DNA of 57,813 nt, counting the filler, from an uncultured Acidimicrobiales bacterium (GTDB taxonomy: Bacteria; Actinomycetota; Acidimicrobiia; Acidimicrobiales; UBA10347): NCBI GenBank assembly GCA_943788915.1. It is 4 parts of 3 records of this genome, joined end to end, with 100 filler letters (N's around TTAATTAATTAA, not from the genome) between each part and the next. Parts side by side here need not be neighbours in the genome. Positions count along the whole stretch, not along the records: positions 12,959 to 40,869 come from CALSSD010000011.1; 3 more parts are not named here. One strand, written 5' to 3'. The stretch's first letter is position 1. Every line of letters starts with the position of its first letter. The notes under the pieces are model-generated. The model was not told the origin of the DNA. It was given only the letters and a program-made list of their open reading frames with translations, and made no database searches. A program made the translations under genes and the position numbers. This document shows, in pieces, positions 19,240 to 29,348 of this stretch.

Positions 19240-21209
19240 GACAGTGCCTGATCAGGAATCGCAAACTCGAAGCATGAACCGACACTCTCTTGACTTTCGA
19301 CCGTGATCGTACCTCCGTGCAAATCGACGATCGCCTTTGCTATAGCTAGACCAAGGCCAGTGCCGGGCGTGGATTGGGCGGTTGCCGCACCTCGAAAAAA
19401 CGATTCAAAGAGACGTGACTGCTCAGACTCGGGAATGCCGATACCGTCGTCCCTCACGGCAAACACCCAGCCTGTAGGATTGCGTCGAACAGTGAGATCA
19501 ACGCTTCCTCCGGACTCAGAGAACTTGACGGCGTTGGACAGCAGATTGTCCAGCACTTGGCCGATGCGACCCTGGTCTGCATACAGGGTTGGCCCTCGCT
19601 CGACCGAACTTTTTATCCTCACACCAGCGGCGACGGCCCGCTGATCCGCTAACGCAAGCGCCCATTCAACGATGTCGGCAACCCGACAGGTGATGGGTTG
19701 AATCGTTGTAACACCAGACTCAAGCTGCCCAAGGAGCAACAAGTCATCGACCAGACGAATCAGACGCTTAGCGTTGCGGTCGATAACACCGATGAACTCC
19801 TGCTGCTCAACTTCTGTGACGGGACCATCGTCGCCGATTAAGAGGTTGGCGAAGCTAACGATCGATGTCAGCGGCGTTCGCAGCTCGTGCGACACCATAG
19901 CGACAAGCTCAGTTTTGAGATCCGCTACCTCCCTGAGCATACGCGCCTGTTCCTCGGCCTTCTCTCGAAGTCTGCGCTCTGCCTCCAAGAGGTGCTTTCG
20001 GGTTTTTTCAAGCGTTATTTGAGAGCTGATATCTCGATAGAGCCAGAGGTGACCATGGAGTTCGTTTTCAAGCTCGACCGGGATGTAGTCCCTCTCCATG
20101 ACGCGCCCATCAACAAAATCAACCCTTTCGCCGAACACTTGGATTCGGTCTGCAACCCGGTCCGCAATGGTCACGTTGAACAATTTCGGGTCGACAACTA
20201 ATTCGTCAATGAGCGATCGAAGGCCAGATGTCGGTTTGCCAATCAGCTCATTCATATCGCCCTGATAATCGAGAATCGAAAGAAAGGCTTCATTCGCAAC
20301 CGCTATTTTTTCTTCCTGATCAACAAAGAACACTCCATCGTCAAGCGACATGACCAGCGCAGATAAACGCGATGAGGTCTGACGTAGATCACTTTCGCGC
20401 GCTCGTTGTTCGGTGACGTCCCGATTGATCAACACAAGCCCACTCTCAGCAGGTTGGTTGGTCACGTTCTCGGCGACGGTCTCAATCACACGCCAAGTGC
20501 CATCGGAGGCACGCATTCGCAGATCGATTGGGTTGGCTAATCGATCGGTTTCGGATATCTCGACGAACGCCTCCTGCGCTCTGGCAACATCATCGACGTG
20601 CACTATTCCAAAGATGCCGCTCTCGGGTTCGAAGCTCTTCTCGTAACCCAAAAGCCCAACGCGGATGTTGCGAGCCACCACCTTGAGTCGGTTGAGTCGG
20701 CTCTCGGCCTGATGGACAGAGTCAACTTCGGAGCGGACTTCTCCAGGTTTGGTGATCTCACGCAGCAAACCAGTGAACAACGGACCCCCATGGCTCTCCA
20801 ACACCGAGATATACAGCTCGGCTATGAACCGGTTGCCATCCGCTCGCAGAGCTGGCAACGTGAGTAGGGAGTTCACTGCGCTGGTCTCTCCAGTGTCGAG
20901 ATACCGGGCCAGACCAGCCCGGTGAGCTTCGCGTAGCTCCTCCGGAACGATCAGATCAGCGAGCTCCTCCCCAAGAGCATCAGCATAAGACCAGCCAAAC
21001 AGAGTTTCGGCGGCAAGATTCCAATCGACGACCCGACCGCTGCCATTCATCGTAACGACGGCATAAGGCAAGGGATCCAGAATCACGGTAGCGGTTTGCT
21101 GTCGGTGGATCTCAGCAAAGCCTGTAAGTGCCGTCCGGCTCTCGCCGCGCTCTTTCACAGTTATTTCGCTTCCTCTGGCGGCCTGACCGTTATATCGGAC
21201 TCTACTCAT
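19236..21209 (-). CDS. Cytoplasmic multi-PAS sensor histidine kinase
   Basis: Three PAS-like regions; VSHELRTPL, NLLSNAVKF, DDGIGIP and GTGLGL boxes; no TM helix. Start uncertain. Confidence 0.9.
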   Translation of the reverse strand: MSRVRYNGQAARGSEITVKERGESRTALTGFAEIHRQQTATVILDPLPYAVVTMNGSGRVVDWNLAAETLFGWSYADALGEELADLIVPEELREAHRAGLARYLDTGETSAVNSLLTLPALRADGNRFIAELYISVLESHGGPLFTGLLREITKPGEVRSEVDSVHQAESRLNRLKVVARNIRVGLLGYEKSFEPESGIFGIVHVDDVARAQEAFVEISETDRLANPIDLRMRASDGTWRVIETVAENVTNQPAESGLVLINRDVTEQRARESDLRQTSSRLSALVMSLDDGVFFVDQEEKIAVANEAFLSILDYQGDMNELIGKPTSGLRSLIDELVVDPKLFNVTIADRVADRIQVFGERVDFVDGRVMERDYIPVELENELHGHLWLYRDISSQITLEKTRKHLLEAERRLREKAEEQARMLREVADLKTELVAMVSHELRTPLTSIVSFANLLIGDDGPVTEVEQQEFIGVIDRNAKRLIRLVDDLLLLGQLESGVTTIQPITCRVADIVEWALALADQRAVAAGVRIKSSVERGPTLYADQGRIGQVLDNLLSNAVKFSESGGSVDLTVRRNPTGWVFAVRDDGIGIPESEQSRLFESFFRGAATAQSTPGTGLGLAIAKAIVDLHGGTITVESQESVGSCFEFAIPDQALS

Positions 21210-21549
21210 GCGAGCCTCAAAGCGTGAGTAAACAAACAAACCCTGTCGAATAATCGCAGCTTCCTGTGGGGCATCAGTAACCCATGCACCTCAGAGTCTT
21301 CCGATATTGATTCAGATTCGAGATGCAGCCCGTGTCAGAAACACCAGCGCTGCTCGTCCAATGAATCAGCTAACAACAATTACCGAACCGATCACGGTGA
21401 GATCGGTGGTGGTGGTGGCCGTCCGTTCACGTGCCTTTATATGTACCTGTAACAGCTTCATCATCATGGCGAAAGTATTACCAATCACCGCACGACTGGG
21501 CGTAGAACAAACGAAGTTGCACCCTCAGGCATGTGCGTACCGATGATGC

Positions 21550-21852
21550 ATGTGCGATAGTCGAGCCGTGGATAAACACAATGGCGAAAACCAGCACCCA
21601 CCGGCGAAACCCGAACCCCACGAGCCACTCAACAAGGCCCTCATTGCCCGGCTTGTTCTCGCGGCCACGATCGTTGCGATCTTCGTCATCTTCGCGGTCC
21701 AGAACACCAAGAGTGTGACGATCGAATTTCTCTCGTGGGACTTCAAACTCAGTCAGTTCCTGATGATGATGCTCTCAGCTGTAGCCGGTGTCGTGATCTG
21801 GGAGTTCGCTGGTGTTTATTCAAAGCGGGCCAAGAAGAGACGCTCGTCATGA
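21550..21852 (+). CDS. LapA/DUF1049-family small membrane protein
   Basis: IFVIFAVQNTKSVTIEFLSW motif, two TM helices, basic tail. Confidence 0.75.
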   Translation: MCDSRAVDKHNGENQHPPAKPEPHEPLNKALIARLVLAATIVAIFVIFAVQNTKSVTIEFLSWDFKLSQFLMMMLSAVAGVVIWEFAGVYSKRAKKRRSS

Positions 21853-22071
21853 GCCCGATACTGTCGAGCCTTCACCAAAGATAACCACGGTTCGGCAGAG
21901 CCTAAAGACCTCACATGGTCGAGCATGTTCCCAAAGAGCATCGGTATTGTCCCCCATCGCCGACGAGCCGGTTCTGCCCCGGTCATGCCGACAAAGGACC
22001 CCCATGGCCCGATACACCACACCCATAACCTCAGCCGAAACGGCTTCGGCACGAGACGTGCGGAAGATTTG

Positions 22072-23067
22072 ATGAGTCCAATCCCGTCACCGTCTGGGCT
22101 CGCGGATGTTCTGCTTGAATGCTCCATTGTTGGCAGCTTCACCAGGATCGGTTACGACGCTCGTAGTCGGATGGCCGACTGGCCTGACGAACCAATGAAC
22201 CTCACTGGGCAGACGGCTGTGGTGACAGGCAGCTCCAGTGGCATTGGACGGGCGACCGCAGCTGGTCTTCTGGAGCTTGGCGCTGATGTCATCGTGACCA
22301 GTCGCAGTGCCGACCGCGCCCAAACTACTGCCGCCGAACTAGCCAGCGCTGATCCCAGCCCCAGTCCCAACCCTGGCGCTGTCCGAAGGGGAACCGCCAC
22401 TGGGTTGTCGCTCGACACATCGAGTTTCTCCTCGATCAAAACTTTCGTGGCCGCACTTGGAAAATGCAGCGCAACTATCGAGATGATCGCCCACAACGCC
22501 GGCGCGCTTCTCCCCACCTATCAAACCGATGACCGAGGTAGGGAACTGACGTTGTCGTCGCATCTGGTCGGCCCGTATCTGCTCACCAAATTGCTCACAC
22601 CCAGGCTCACCTCTGGAGCCCGGGTCATCTTTATGTCATCGGGCGGCATGTATACCCAAAGGCTCGATGTGCAACGCCTCGAGATGTCCGAGCAGAGCTA
22701 CAAGGGCGCAGTCGCGTACGCCCGAGCCAAACGGGGACAGGTTGAAATGGTGACTTATCTTGGTCCCCAGCTCGCTCCCGACATCGTTCTGCATTCGATG
22801 CACCCTGGCTGGGTCGACACCCCAGGGGTCGATGCTGGCCTCCCCGGGTTCGGCAAGGTTATGGGCCCACTATTGCGCAATGCCGAGCAGGGCGCGGACA
22901 CCATGGTGTGGCTCGCCGCTGGTGGCGCCTCTCACGCGAAGCCAGGGCAATTTTGGCTTGACCGCGAAGCTCGACGCACCAGCTATGTGCCCGGAACAGG
23001 AACAACCCGTCGGGAACGCGAGCGGCTTCTCCATTGGCTCGACGAACAGATCGCGCCGGGGCTGTAG
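22072..23067 (+). CDS. SDR oxidoreductase (DHRS12-like)
   Basis: VTGSSSGIG, HNAG, SSGGMY, YARAK and MHPGWVDTPG; start reassigned to ATG 22072. Confidence 0.88.
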   Translation: MSPIPSPSGLADVLLECSIVGSFTRIGYDARSRMADWPDEPMNLTGQTAVVTGSSSGIGRATAAGLLELGADVIVTSRSADRAQTTAAELASADPSPSPNPGAVRRGTATGLSLDTSSFSSIKTFVAALGKCSATIEMIAHNAGALLPTYQTDDRGRELTLSSHLVGPYLLTKLLTPRLTSGARVIFMSSGGMYTQRLDVQRLEMSEQSYKGAVAYARAKRGQVEMVTYLGPQLAPDIVLHSMHPGWVDTPGVDAGLPGFGKVMGPLLRNAEQGADTMVWLAAGGASHAKPGQFWLDREARRTSYVPGTGTTRRERERLLHWLDEQIAPGL

Positions 23068-23221
23068 ACCCTCGGCCCGAGACCCTGAACTAGAAATGTA
23101 GACGGCGGTTGTCCCAACGTCTCAGGTACTACGGTCGCTTGATCGCCTACGAGTGCGCGATGCAGGACGGCGAGAGACGTCGACGACCGTGCTCACCAGT
23201 TTGACTGGTGAACGCGCCGCT

Positions 23222-24217
23222 TCAACCAAGGCCACGGCCGAGCAATGAGCCTGCCTTGCGCCCACTTGGAAGTCGGATCCATCCAAGGGCCGCGAACACG
23301 ACCAACGAGCCAACCAAAACCACAACCATGGCCCCAGCCGCGATGATCCACCCTCGGTCGCTATCAAGCGCTGGCAGGTTCGCGAAGTTCATGCCGAAGA
23401 TGCCGGCGATCAGCGATAACGGCAACATGATGGCGGCATAAACGGTCAGGACCTTGGTGACCTCGGTTGCCTTTCGCGCCTCGGCACCGCGATACGCGTC
23501 AAGCACTTCCGCTAACGCGGTCCGGGCTGCATCAAACCCGTGTGCCGTGCGAGACGCAAGGTCGAACACATCGGCAAATCGCCGCTGGCCAGCGGGGCTA
23601 ATCAGCGGCGAGGTAGTCCTTCGCAGCACATCAAGCGCTTCGCGTTGGGGCTGCACGATACGGCGCACTCGGGCAAGCTCAGAACGCATAGTCGTGAGGT
23701 CAGCGATGAGCGTAGGTTCTGCAGCCAGCGCTGCATCGATCAAATCGTCGACGCTGCGATCGAACACCTCGATCACCGCCATATGACGCTGGGTGAGTAC
23801 ATCGGCAAGGCGAGCCAGCAGTTCGTCTGGCCGTCCGGTACTCAAATCCATTGAACGTTGTACGTGTTCCCACAGGGCATCGATTGACGGTGATTGTTGC
23901 CGGTGCACGGTCAACAGATGGGTGTCGGTCAAGAAGCAGTTCACCTGATAGGTCGTGACCTCGTCCTCGCTCAGACCATGAAAGACGACAAGCAGATGAT
24001 CGTCGAAATCGTCGACCTTGGGCAGGTCACCATCGTGGATGGCGTCGCGCACGCCGAGCTGATCAAGCCCGAGTTCGTCGGCTAGACGAATCAACGGCTC
24101 AGCGTCGTCACCAACGAGTACATCGATCCAGAGCCATCCTGGTTCGACAGACTGGGAGACATCCGACCATGCGACTGCAACCGCCGGTTGGTCTTCTCTG
24201 GCCTGCAGCACTCTCAT
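23222..24217 (-). CDS. corA: CorA-family Mg/Co transporter (C-terminus probably extends to 23122 past a 1-nt frameshift)
   Basis: WIDV, PKVDDF, PLSLIAGIFGMNF and two C-terminal TM helices. Confidence 0.88.
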   Translation of the reverse strand: MRVLQAREDQPAVAVAWSDVSQSVEPGWLWIDVLVGDDAEPLIRLADELGLDQLGVRDAIHDGDLPKVDDFDDHLLVVFHGLSEDEVTTYQVNCFLTDTHLLTVHRQQSPSIDALWEHVQRSMDLSTGRPDELLARLADVLTQRHMAVIEVFDRSVDDLIDAALAAEPTLIADLTTMRSELARVRRIVQPQREALDVLRRTTSPLISPAGQRRFADVFDLASRTAHGFDAARTALAEVLDAYRGAEARKATEVTKVLTVYAAIMLPLSLIAGIFGMNFANLPALDSDRGWIIAAGAMVVVLVGSLVVFAALGWIRLPSGRKAGSLLGRGLG

Positions 24218-24357
24218 GCCCGCCACTGTGGCAGACGATGGCTGGCCGAAGGCGAACCTACACGATTTTCGCTTCCAGTCACCCGCCAGCGCATCTCTGC
24301 ACAACTACGGCACGTCCGAACAATGAGCCCGATTACGATCCTCGGAGAACTCTGGTC

Positions 24358-25572
24358 TCACACAGGCGGCGGGGTGTCGGTTGTGAGCGAACCTTCGCTC
24401 TCGATGTCTTCCCTACTTACACCCAGCATGAACAACACTGCGTCGAGGTAGGGCAAATTAAGCTCGGCATCCGCTGCATTGGCGACGCCGCTCTTGGCAT
24501 TGAAGGCAATACCAAGGCCAGCAGCTTCGAGCATGTCAATATCGTTGGCGCCGTCGCCTACCGCCACGATCTGGCGGGTAGCCAATCCCTCTTCGGCAGC
24601 AATCATGTGCAGGATTTGTGCCTTACGTTGTCGATCTACGATTGGCCCCTCGAGTCGGCCAGTCAGTTGACCATCAACGATCTCAAGCGTGTTGGCGAAC
24701 GCGTAGTCCAGACCGAGCTCGTCCTTAAGCCGTTCGGTGATCGAGGTGAAGCCGCCACTCACGACCGCAATCTTGAAGCCCAGGTGTCGCAACGTCGCGA
24801 TGAAGGTGCGGGCGCCAGGTGTGAGCCGTAGTCGGTCCCAACCCTTGTCCAAAATGGATTCTGGTTGTCCGGCCAACAGCCTGACCCGAGCACGGAGTGC
24901 CTCTTCGAAATCAAGTTCACCTTGCATAGCTCGTTCGGTCAGGATGGCGACCTGCTCGCCGACCCCAGCCACCTCGGCAAGTTCGTCAATCATCTCGTTT
25001 TGTACGAGCGTGCGGTCGACATCGAGCACCATGACCCGCAACGCCCGCCTGGGCAGACCTTTTGGTTGTATCGCCACGTCCATGGAGGGAAACTCGCGAC
25101 GCAGACCAACAAGTCCTTCGCGCAGCGCATGCACGTCACCACCGGTAACCGAGAGCTGGTAGCTCCATGCTGGATACTTCGACAGTCGTTCGAGACGGTC
25201 GACGTTGCCCCCCGTGTCGGTGACCACGCCCGTGACTGCCGCAAGTTCAGCCGCTTCGAGGCGCTGGCCGAGAACGGTCACGATGGTCCCGGTTGGTTTG
25301 CGAGTCGGCGTGGCATCGACCGGTTCAAATTCGATGCTCAGGCCCCGCTCGTAGCCCACGAGTAGGAGCTCCTTCAACAGGTCTCGCCCGTCGGGGATCT
25401 GAGCCACGATATTGAGCGAAATATGGCTGCGGATAACGATCTGTTCAACGTCCTCGATCGTTGCACCGGCGCCAGCCAAGGTGCCAAGTACATGGGTGGT
25501 TATTCCCTCCTTGTCGGGCCCATCGACCTGGATGAGGAACGTTTGATGCGCGTTGACCTTGTCCAATTGCAC
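24358..25572 (-). CDS. serB: Phosphoserine phosphatase with two ACT domains
   Basis: N-terminal ACT domains; LDVDRTL, VVSGGF and VGDGANDIDM HAD motifs. Confidence 0.93.
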   Translation of the reverse strand: MQLDKVNAHQTFLIQVDGPDKEGITTHVLGTLAGAGATIEDVEQIVIRSHISLNIVAQIPDGRDLLKELLLVGYERGLSIEFEPVDATPTRKPTGTIVTVLGQRLEAAELAAVTGVVTDTGGNVDRLERLSKYPAWSYQLSVTGGDVHALREGLVGLRREFPSMDVAIQPKGLPRRALRVMVLDVDRTLVQNEMIDELAEVAGVGEQVAILTERAMQGELDFEEALRARVRLLAGQPESILDKGWDRLRLTPGARTFIATLRHLGFKIAVVSGGFTSITERLKDELGLDYAFANTLEIVDGQLTGRLEGPIVDRQRKAQILHMIAAEEGLATRQIVAVGDGANDIDMLEAAGLGIAFNAKSGVANAADAELNLPYLDAVLFMLGVSREDIESEGSLTTDTPPPV

Positions 25573-25587
25573 ACTCGCAAGGCTAGG

Positions 25588-26292
25588 TCAGACGAGCATC
25601 GGCTCAGGCACATAGCGACTGCGCTGACTCAGACCAGACCGTTGTTGGCCAGACAGTGCAGCGATCGATTGCATGACCTCCTCGGTCAGTTCAGTGCGGG
25701 CGTGACGGGTACGTCGGTTGCTCGCCCACCGGCCCATACCAATCGGCGCCCCGAAATGAATCTCAATCTTGCTCCGGAATCCGGGCACGATCGTGCCGAC
25801 GGGCTGGGCTACATCGGTACCGATCAGGGCAACCGGGACGATTGGTGCCGATGCTTGCAGTGCCATCTGGGCGACGCCGCTATGACCTGGGTTCAGCATG
25901 CCATCTCGGGAACGTGTCCCTTCCGGGTGCACACCAACTACGCCGCCCTCAGACAGGATTTCTTGGACTCGACGCAGTGTCACCCGAGCACGTTTACCAG
26001 TGCGATCGAGTGGCAACATGCCGGTCATCGGAAAGAGACGTCGGGCCACGGGATGGTTCAGGTATTCCGCTTTGCCCAAGAAACTCACCGGCCGGTCCAA
26101 GCTGTACATCACCAACAGCGAGTCGATGAACGCCAGATGGTTGGCAGCCAAGACGACGGCGCCTTCGGTAGGCACGTTCTCCCGGCCCACCATGTCGACG
26201 TCAAGCCACAGTTTTCGAAGCGGGACTGTCAGCGCTCGTCCAAGCCAGGCATGACTTCCGGCTGAGGCGACTGCTTCGACAATCCAGGTCAC
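25588..26292 (-). CDS. Lysophospholipid acyltransferase (PlsC family)
   Basis: NHLAFID, FLGKAEY, PEGTRS and PIVPV. True start may be ATG 26362 via a frameshift in gggg near 26313. Confidence 0.88.
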   Translation of the reverse strand: MTWIVEAVASAGSHAWLGRALTVPLRKLWLDVDMVGRENVPTEGAVVLAANHLAFIDSLLVMYSLDRPVSFLGKAEYLNHPVARRLFPMTGMLPLDRTGKRARVTLRRVQEILSEGGVVGVHPEGTRSRDGMLNPGHSGVAQMALQASAPIVPVALIGTDVAQPVGTIVPGFRSKIEIHFGAPIGMGRWASNRRTRHARTELTEEVMQSIAALSGQQRSGLSQRSRYVPEPMLV

Positions 26293-26358
26293 GCGCCGGT
26301 GATGTGGCCTTAGGGGTGCTGGCGTTAGGGCTGGTCATGTTCTCAACCGCAACATCGC

Positions 26359-26680
26359 TCATGGCGCACCGAGCCCGGTGGAAAGCCACATGACCGGCTG
26401 ATGTGAAACAAGGCGTTCACCCGACCAGGCCAACGCTTCGCCCGACTCTGCCCGCGAAGCGGCTCACAATCGGCGTGCGAGTAGCCCCGCTGCTGAGATG
26501 ACCAACAACCTGGCCGATCTGAATCCGGCGACCCGGACGCAAGTCCATCGCCGGTTCAAAGATGCCGCCAGTTGGGGCGACAACCAGTCGCTCAGAAGCG
26601 TGAAACAGCTCGCCCTGAAGAGCTGTTGGCACCGACCGGCGATTGGAGGAGGTGCGTGTGGAAGTCGTGACGTGTCCCAT
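26359..26680 (-). CDS. Small biotinyl/lipoyl-attachment-like domain protein, one frameshift at about 26442
   Basis: ERLVVAPTGGIF..GQVVG..PIVSRFAGRV; removing one base gives GEALAWSGERLVSHQPVMWLS, ending at 26359. Confidence 0.6.
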
Positions 26681-26838
26681 GCCGTGCACTTTTGCAAACC
26701 TATGTTCCAGCGCGGTTACACCAATGTGAACACTACTAATAACGCCGTCGCCAAGCCCACCGCCTGATCCAGAGAGAGGGCTGTGACGCAGACGTCCGAG
26801 CCGGATCCTCAGGTACGGGGTCCTAGTGTTGTCACCTC

Positions 26839-27495
26839 ATGTTGGTGTTGGTTGTGGTCGTTGCGTTCTTCGCAGTTGCGATCGGTTGGTTCGTCTCTGA
26901 CCAGATCCACCTCGCCCGAAAACGAGACACCGAACGCGGCTTCCGACTGATCTCGCGACGTGCCAGTCAACGGCTGCAGTTTCGGCCACCAAAGCGATCG
27001 GATCGAGATTTCTATATCGAGATGGCATCTGACCCGGTAGCGGCCAAAGCCAACGGATGGACCGGCGACGAGGCTGCAGCAGTCACCAAACGGTTTGCCG
27101 ACCGCAAGCTGTTTGCCATATACCGAGACACGGAGCTGGTCGCGTTTGAACGTTCGACCGGCGTCGCTGTCGGTACCGCCAGCTTCTCAACATCACCTCT
27201 TGAACCGGAACATGCGCGATCGATCGGCGTGCACGTGCATACCGATCATCGCCGCAAGGGATATGGGCGCGAGATCATGGCGGCCGCAATCACACTCCTG
27301 CAATACGAACCAACACCGATCCATATCGGTACCCGCATCACCAATATTGGTATGCAACGAGTCATGACCCAACTCGGCTACCACCCGCTACCCGAGACCA
27401 GGCCGTATCTGGCATCCAACGGCGAGTACTACGAGGCGTATTGGTACAACTGCAGCGCCGATACTTGCCCACCCGCAGGCCTGTTCGAGTTGTGA
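26839..27495 (+). CDS. GNAT N-acetyltransferase with N-terminal membrane anchor
   Basis: VHTDHRRKGYGRE motif A and NIGMQRVMTQLGY; hydrophobic N-terminus. Confidence 0.75.
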   Translation: MLVLVVVVAFFAVAIGWFVSDQIHLARKRDTERGFRLISRRASQRLQFRPPKRSDRDFYIEMASDPVAAKANGWTGDEAAAVTKRFADRKLFAIYRDTELVAFERSTGVAVGTASFSTSPLEPEHARSIGVHVHTDHRRKGYGREIMAAAITLLQYEPTPIHIGTRITNIGMQRVMTQLGYHPLPETRPYLASNGEYYEAYWYNCSADTCPPAGLFEL

Positions 27496-27533
27496 ACTTC
27501 CACTAGGTACGAACCATCCGCAATGCTTGAGTC

Positions 27534-28985
27534 GTGTCGAACCTGTTTCACGAGTTATTCACCGCTCCCGCTGATCGTCCGTTCCTGATCGAAGGTGACA
27601 CGACGCATAGGTATGGCGACTACGCAATCTATGCCCGTCGGCTTGGCACTGCGGTGCGATCGTACGGTCTCGGCCCGGGGGATCGGCTGGTAGCCCAAAC
27701 CGAGAAGTCGGCCGACGGGTTCGCCTTGTGGCTCGGTTGTCTCGCAGCAGGGGTCGTCTACGTGCCAACGAACACTGCATATACGTCCGACGAGATCTCC
27801 TACTTCTGCACCGATGCCGAGGCATCGCTCCTGGTGGTCGATGACCCGTCGGCGGTAGCCAGCGTCGACACCCCCACCGTGGCGATCGACGATCTTGTGG
27901 CTGTGGCCGCAACACTCGAACCCATCCACATCGCCGAAGTAGACAAGCACACGCCTGCGTCACTGGTGTACACCTCGGGCACCACCGGCCGGCCCAAGGG
28001 TGCAACGCTGACCCACGGTTGCTTGCTCGACAACGCCACAGCGCTCGCCGATATCTGGCAGTTCACCGGCAACGACATCCTGGTGCACTCGTTACCCATC
28101 TTCCATGTGCACGGGCTGTTCATCGCATTGCACCCCACCATGTTGCGCGGCGCACAGACACGGTTCCTGCCCCGCTTCGACCCCGACTCGGTAATCGACG
28201 CACTAGACGGGGCCACCATCTTTATGGGTGTGCCCACGTATTACCACCGCCTGCTCAACAACGACCGGTTCGGTCCAGACTCGTGCGCATCTATGCGACT
28301 CTTCACTTCAGGCTCAGCGCCGATGACAGAGATTACCCATGCCGATTTCACCGATCGCACCGGCCGCCAGATCGTCGAGCGATATGGCATGAGCGAGGCT
28401 GGCATCATCGCATCAAACCGGATCGACAACGTCTCCGCGGGATCCGTGGGTCACGCCCTTCCTGGTTACGAAATTCGCATCGTCGACGACAACGGTGGGG
28501 TGCTCCCCACAGGTGAGACAGGGACCGTCGAAGTCCGCGGCCCGAGCCTGTGCGCGGGGTACTGGCAACGCCCCGATGCCGATGCCGAGTCCCGCACCGA
28601 CGACGGATGGTTCTCGACCGGCGACGTTGGTTCACTCGATATCACCAATCGGCTCACACTCGAAGGTCGCTCAAGCGACATGATCATCTCGGGAGGCCTC
28701 AACATCTATCCCAAAGAGATCGAGATGGTCATCGACGAGATCGAAGGCGTGCTCGAGTCAGCCGTCGTAGGCCAACCCCACCAAGACTTTGGTGAAGCAG
28801 TCGTTGCCTATCTGGTACTCGAACCCGGTGCAGCACTCGACGCACTCAACCTGGATGACGCACTCACATCGCTCGCACGGTTCAAACATCCGAAGACCGT
28901 CCGGGTGATCAGCGCCCTTCCCCGCAACGCCATGGGCAAGGTCCAGAAAAACCTATTGCGTTCAAACCAGGACGGTGACCAATAG
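27534..28985 (+). CDS. matB: AMP-binding acyl-CoA ligase, malonyl-CoA synthetase-like
   Basis: YTSGTTGRPKGA, LPIFHVHGLF, FMGVPTYY, SGSAP, ERYGMSE and PRNAMGKVQK. Confidence 0.82.
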   Translation: MSNLFHELFTAPADRPFLIEGDTTHRYGDYAIYARRLGTAVRSYGLGPGDRLVAQTEKSADGFALWLGCLAAGVVYVPTNTAYTSDEISYFCTDAEASLLVVDDPSAVASVDTPTVAIDDLVAVAATLEPIHIAEVDKHTPASLVYTSGTTGRPKGATLTHGCLLDNATALADIWQFTGNDILVHSLPIFHVHGLFIALHPTMLRGAQTRFLPRFDPDSVIDALDGATIFMGVPTYYHRLLNNDRFGPDSCASMRLFTSGSAPMTEITHADFTDRTGRQIVERYGMSEAGIIASNRIDNVSAGSVGHALPGYEIRIVDDNGGVLPTGETGTVEVRGPSLCAGYWQRPDADAESRTDDGWFSTGDVGSLDITNRLTLEGRSSDMIISGGLNIYPKEIEMVIDEIEGVLESAVVGQPHQDFGEAVVAYLVLEPGAALDALNLDDALTSLARFKHPKTVRVISALPRNAMGKVQKNLLRSNQDGDQ

Positions 28986-29042
28986 CCTTCGACGATGCTG
29001 GGCTTCGACGACCGGATCATCGATCAGGATCACACAACCCTG

Positions 29043-29236
29043 TCATCCAGTATCCCTTAGACAGCGCGCGTCGAACACCTCGCATCTGTTCGTAGCCTTT
29101 CGGCCCGACAACTCGATCGCCTCTTTACACGTCACCCGGTCCAAACCCGGCGCAACCCCACGCGATTCCAACAGCTCGCGGCCAGCGTCTAACAACGCCT
29201 GTCGTGACTCAGCGGCCATCAAGCGCTTCTTTGGCT
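29043..29236 (-). pseudogene. Truncated TetR/AcrR-like HTH fragment
   Basis: Manual translation: PKKRLMAAESRQALLDAGRELLESRGVAPGLDRVTCKEAIELSG, then loss of similarity and a stop at 29043. Confidence 0.5.
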
Positions 29237-29348
29237 CATTGGATGATATGCGGTCATTCTGACATCAGCCGAGCACGAATGCGTCGCCGAGACCCCGTCG
29301 AATTGCGTATCCAGGCAGGCGAGTTGACGCCAATACATCTCATACGTC

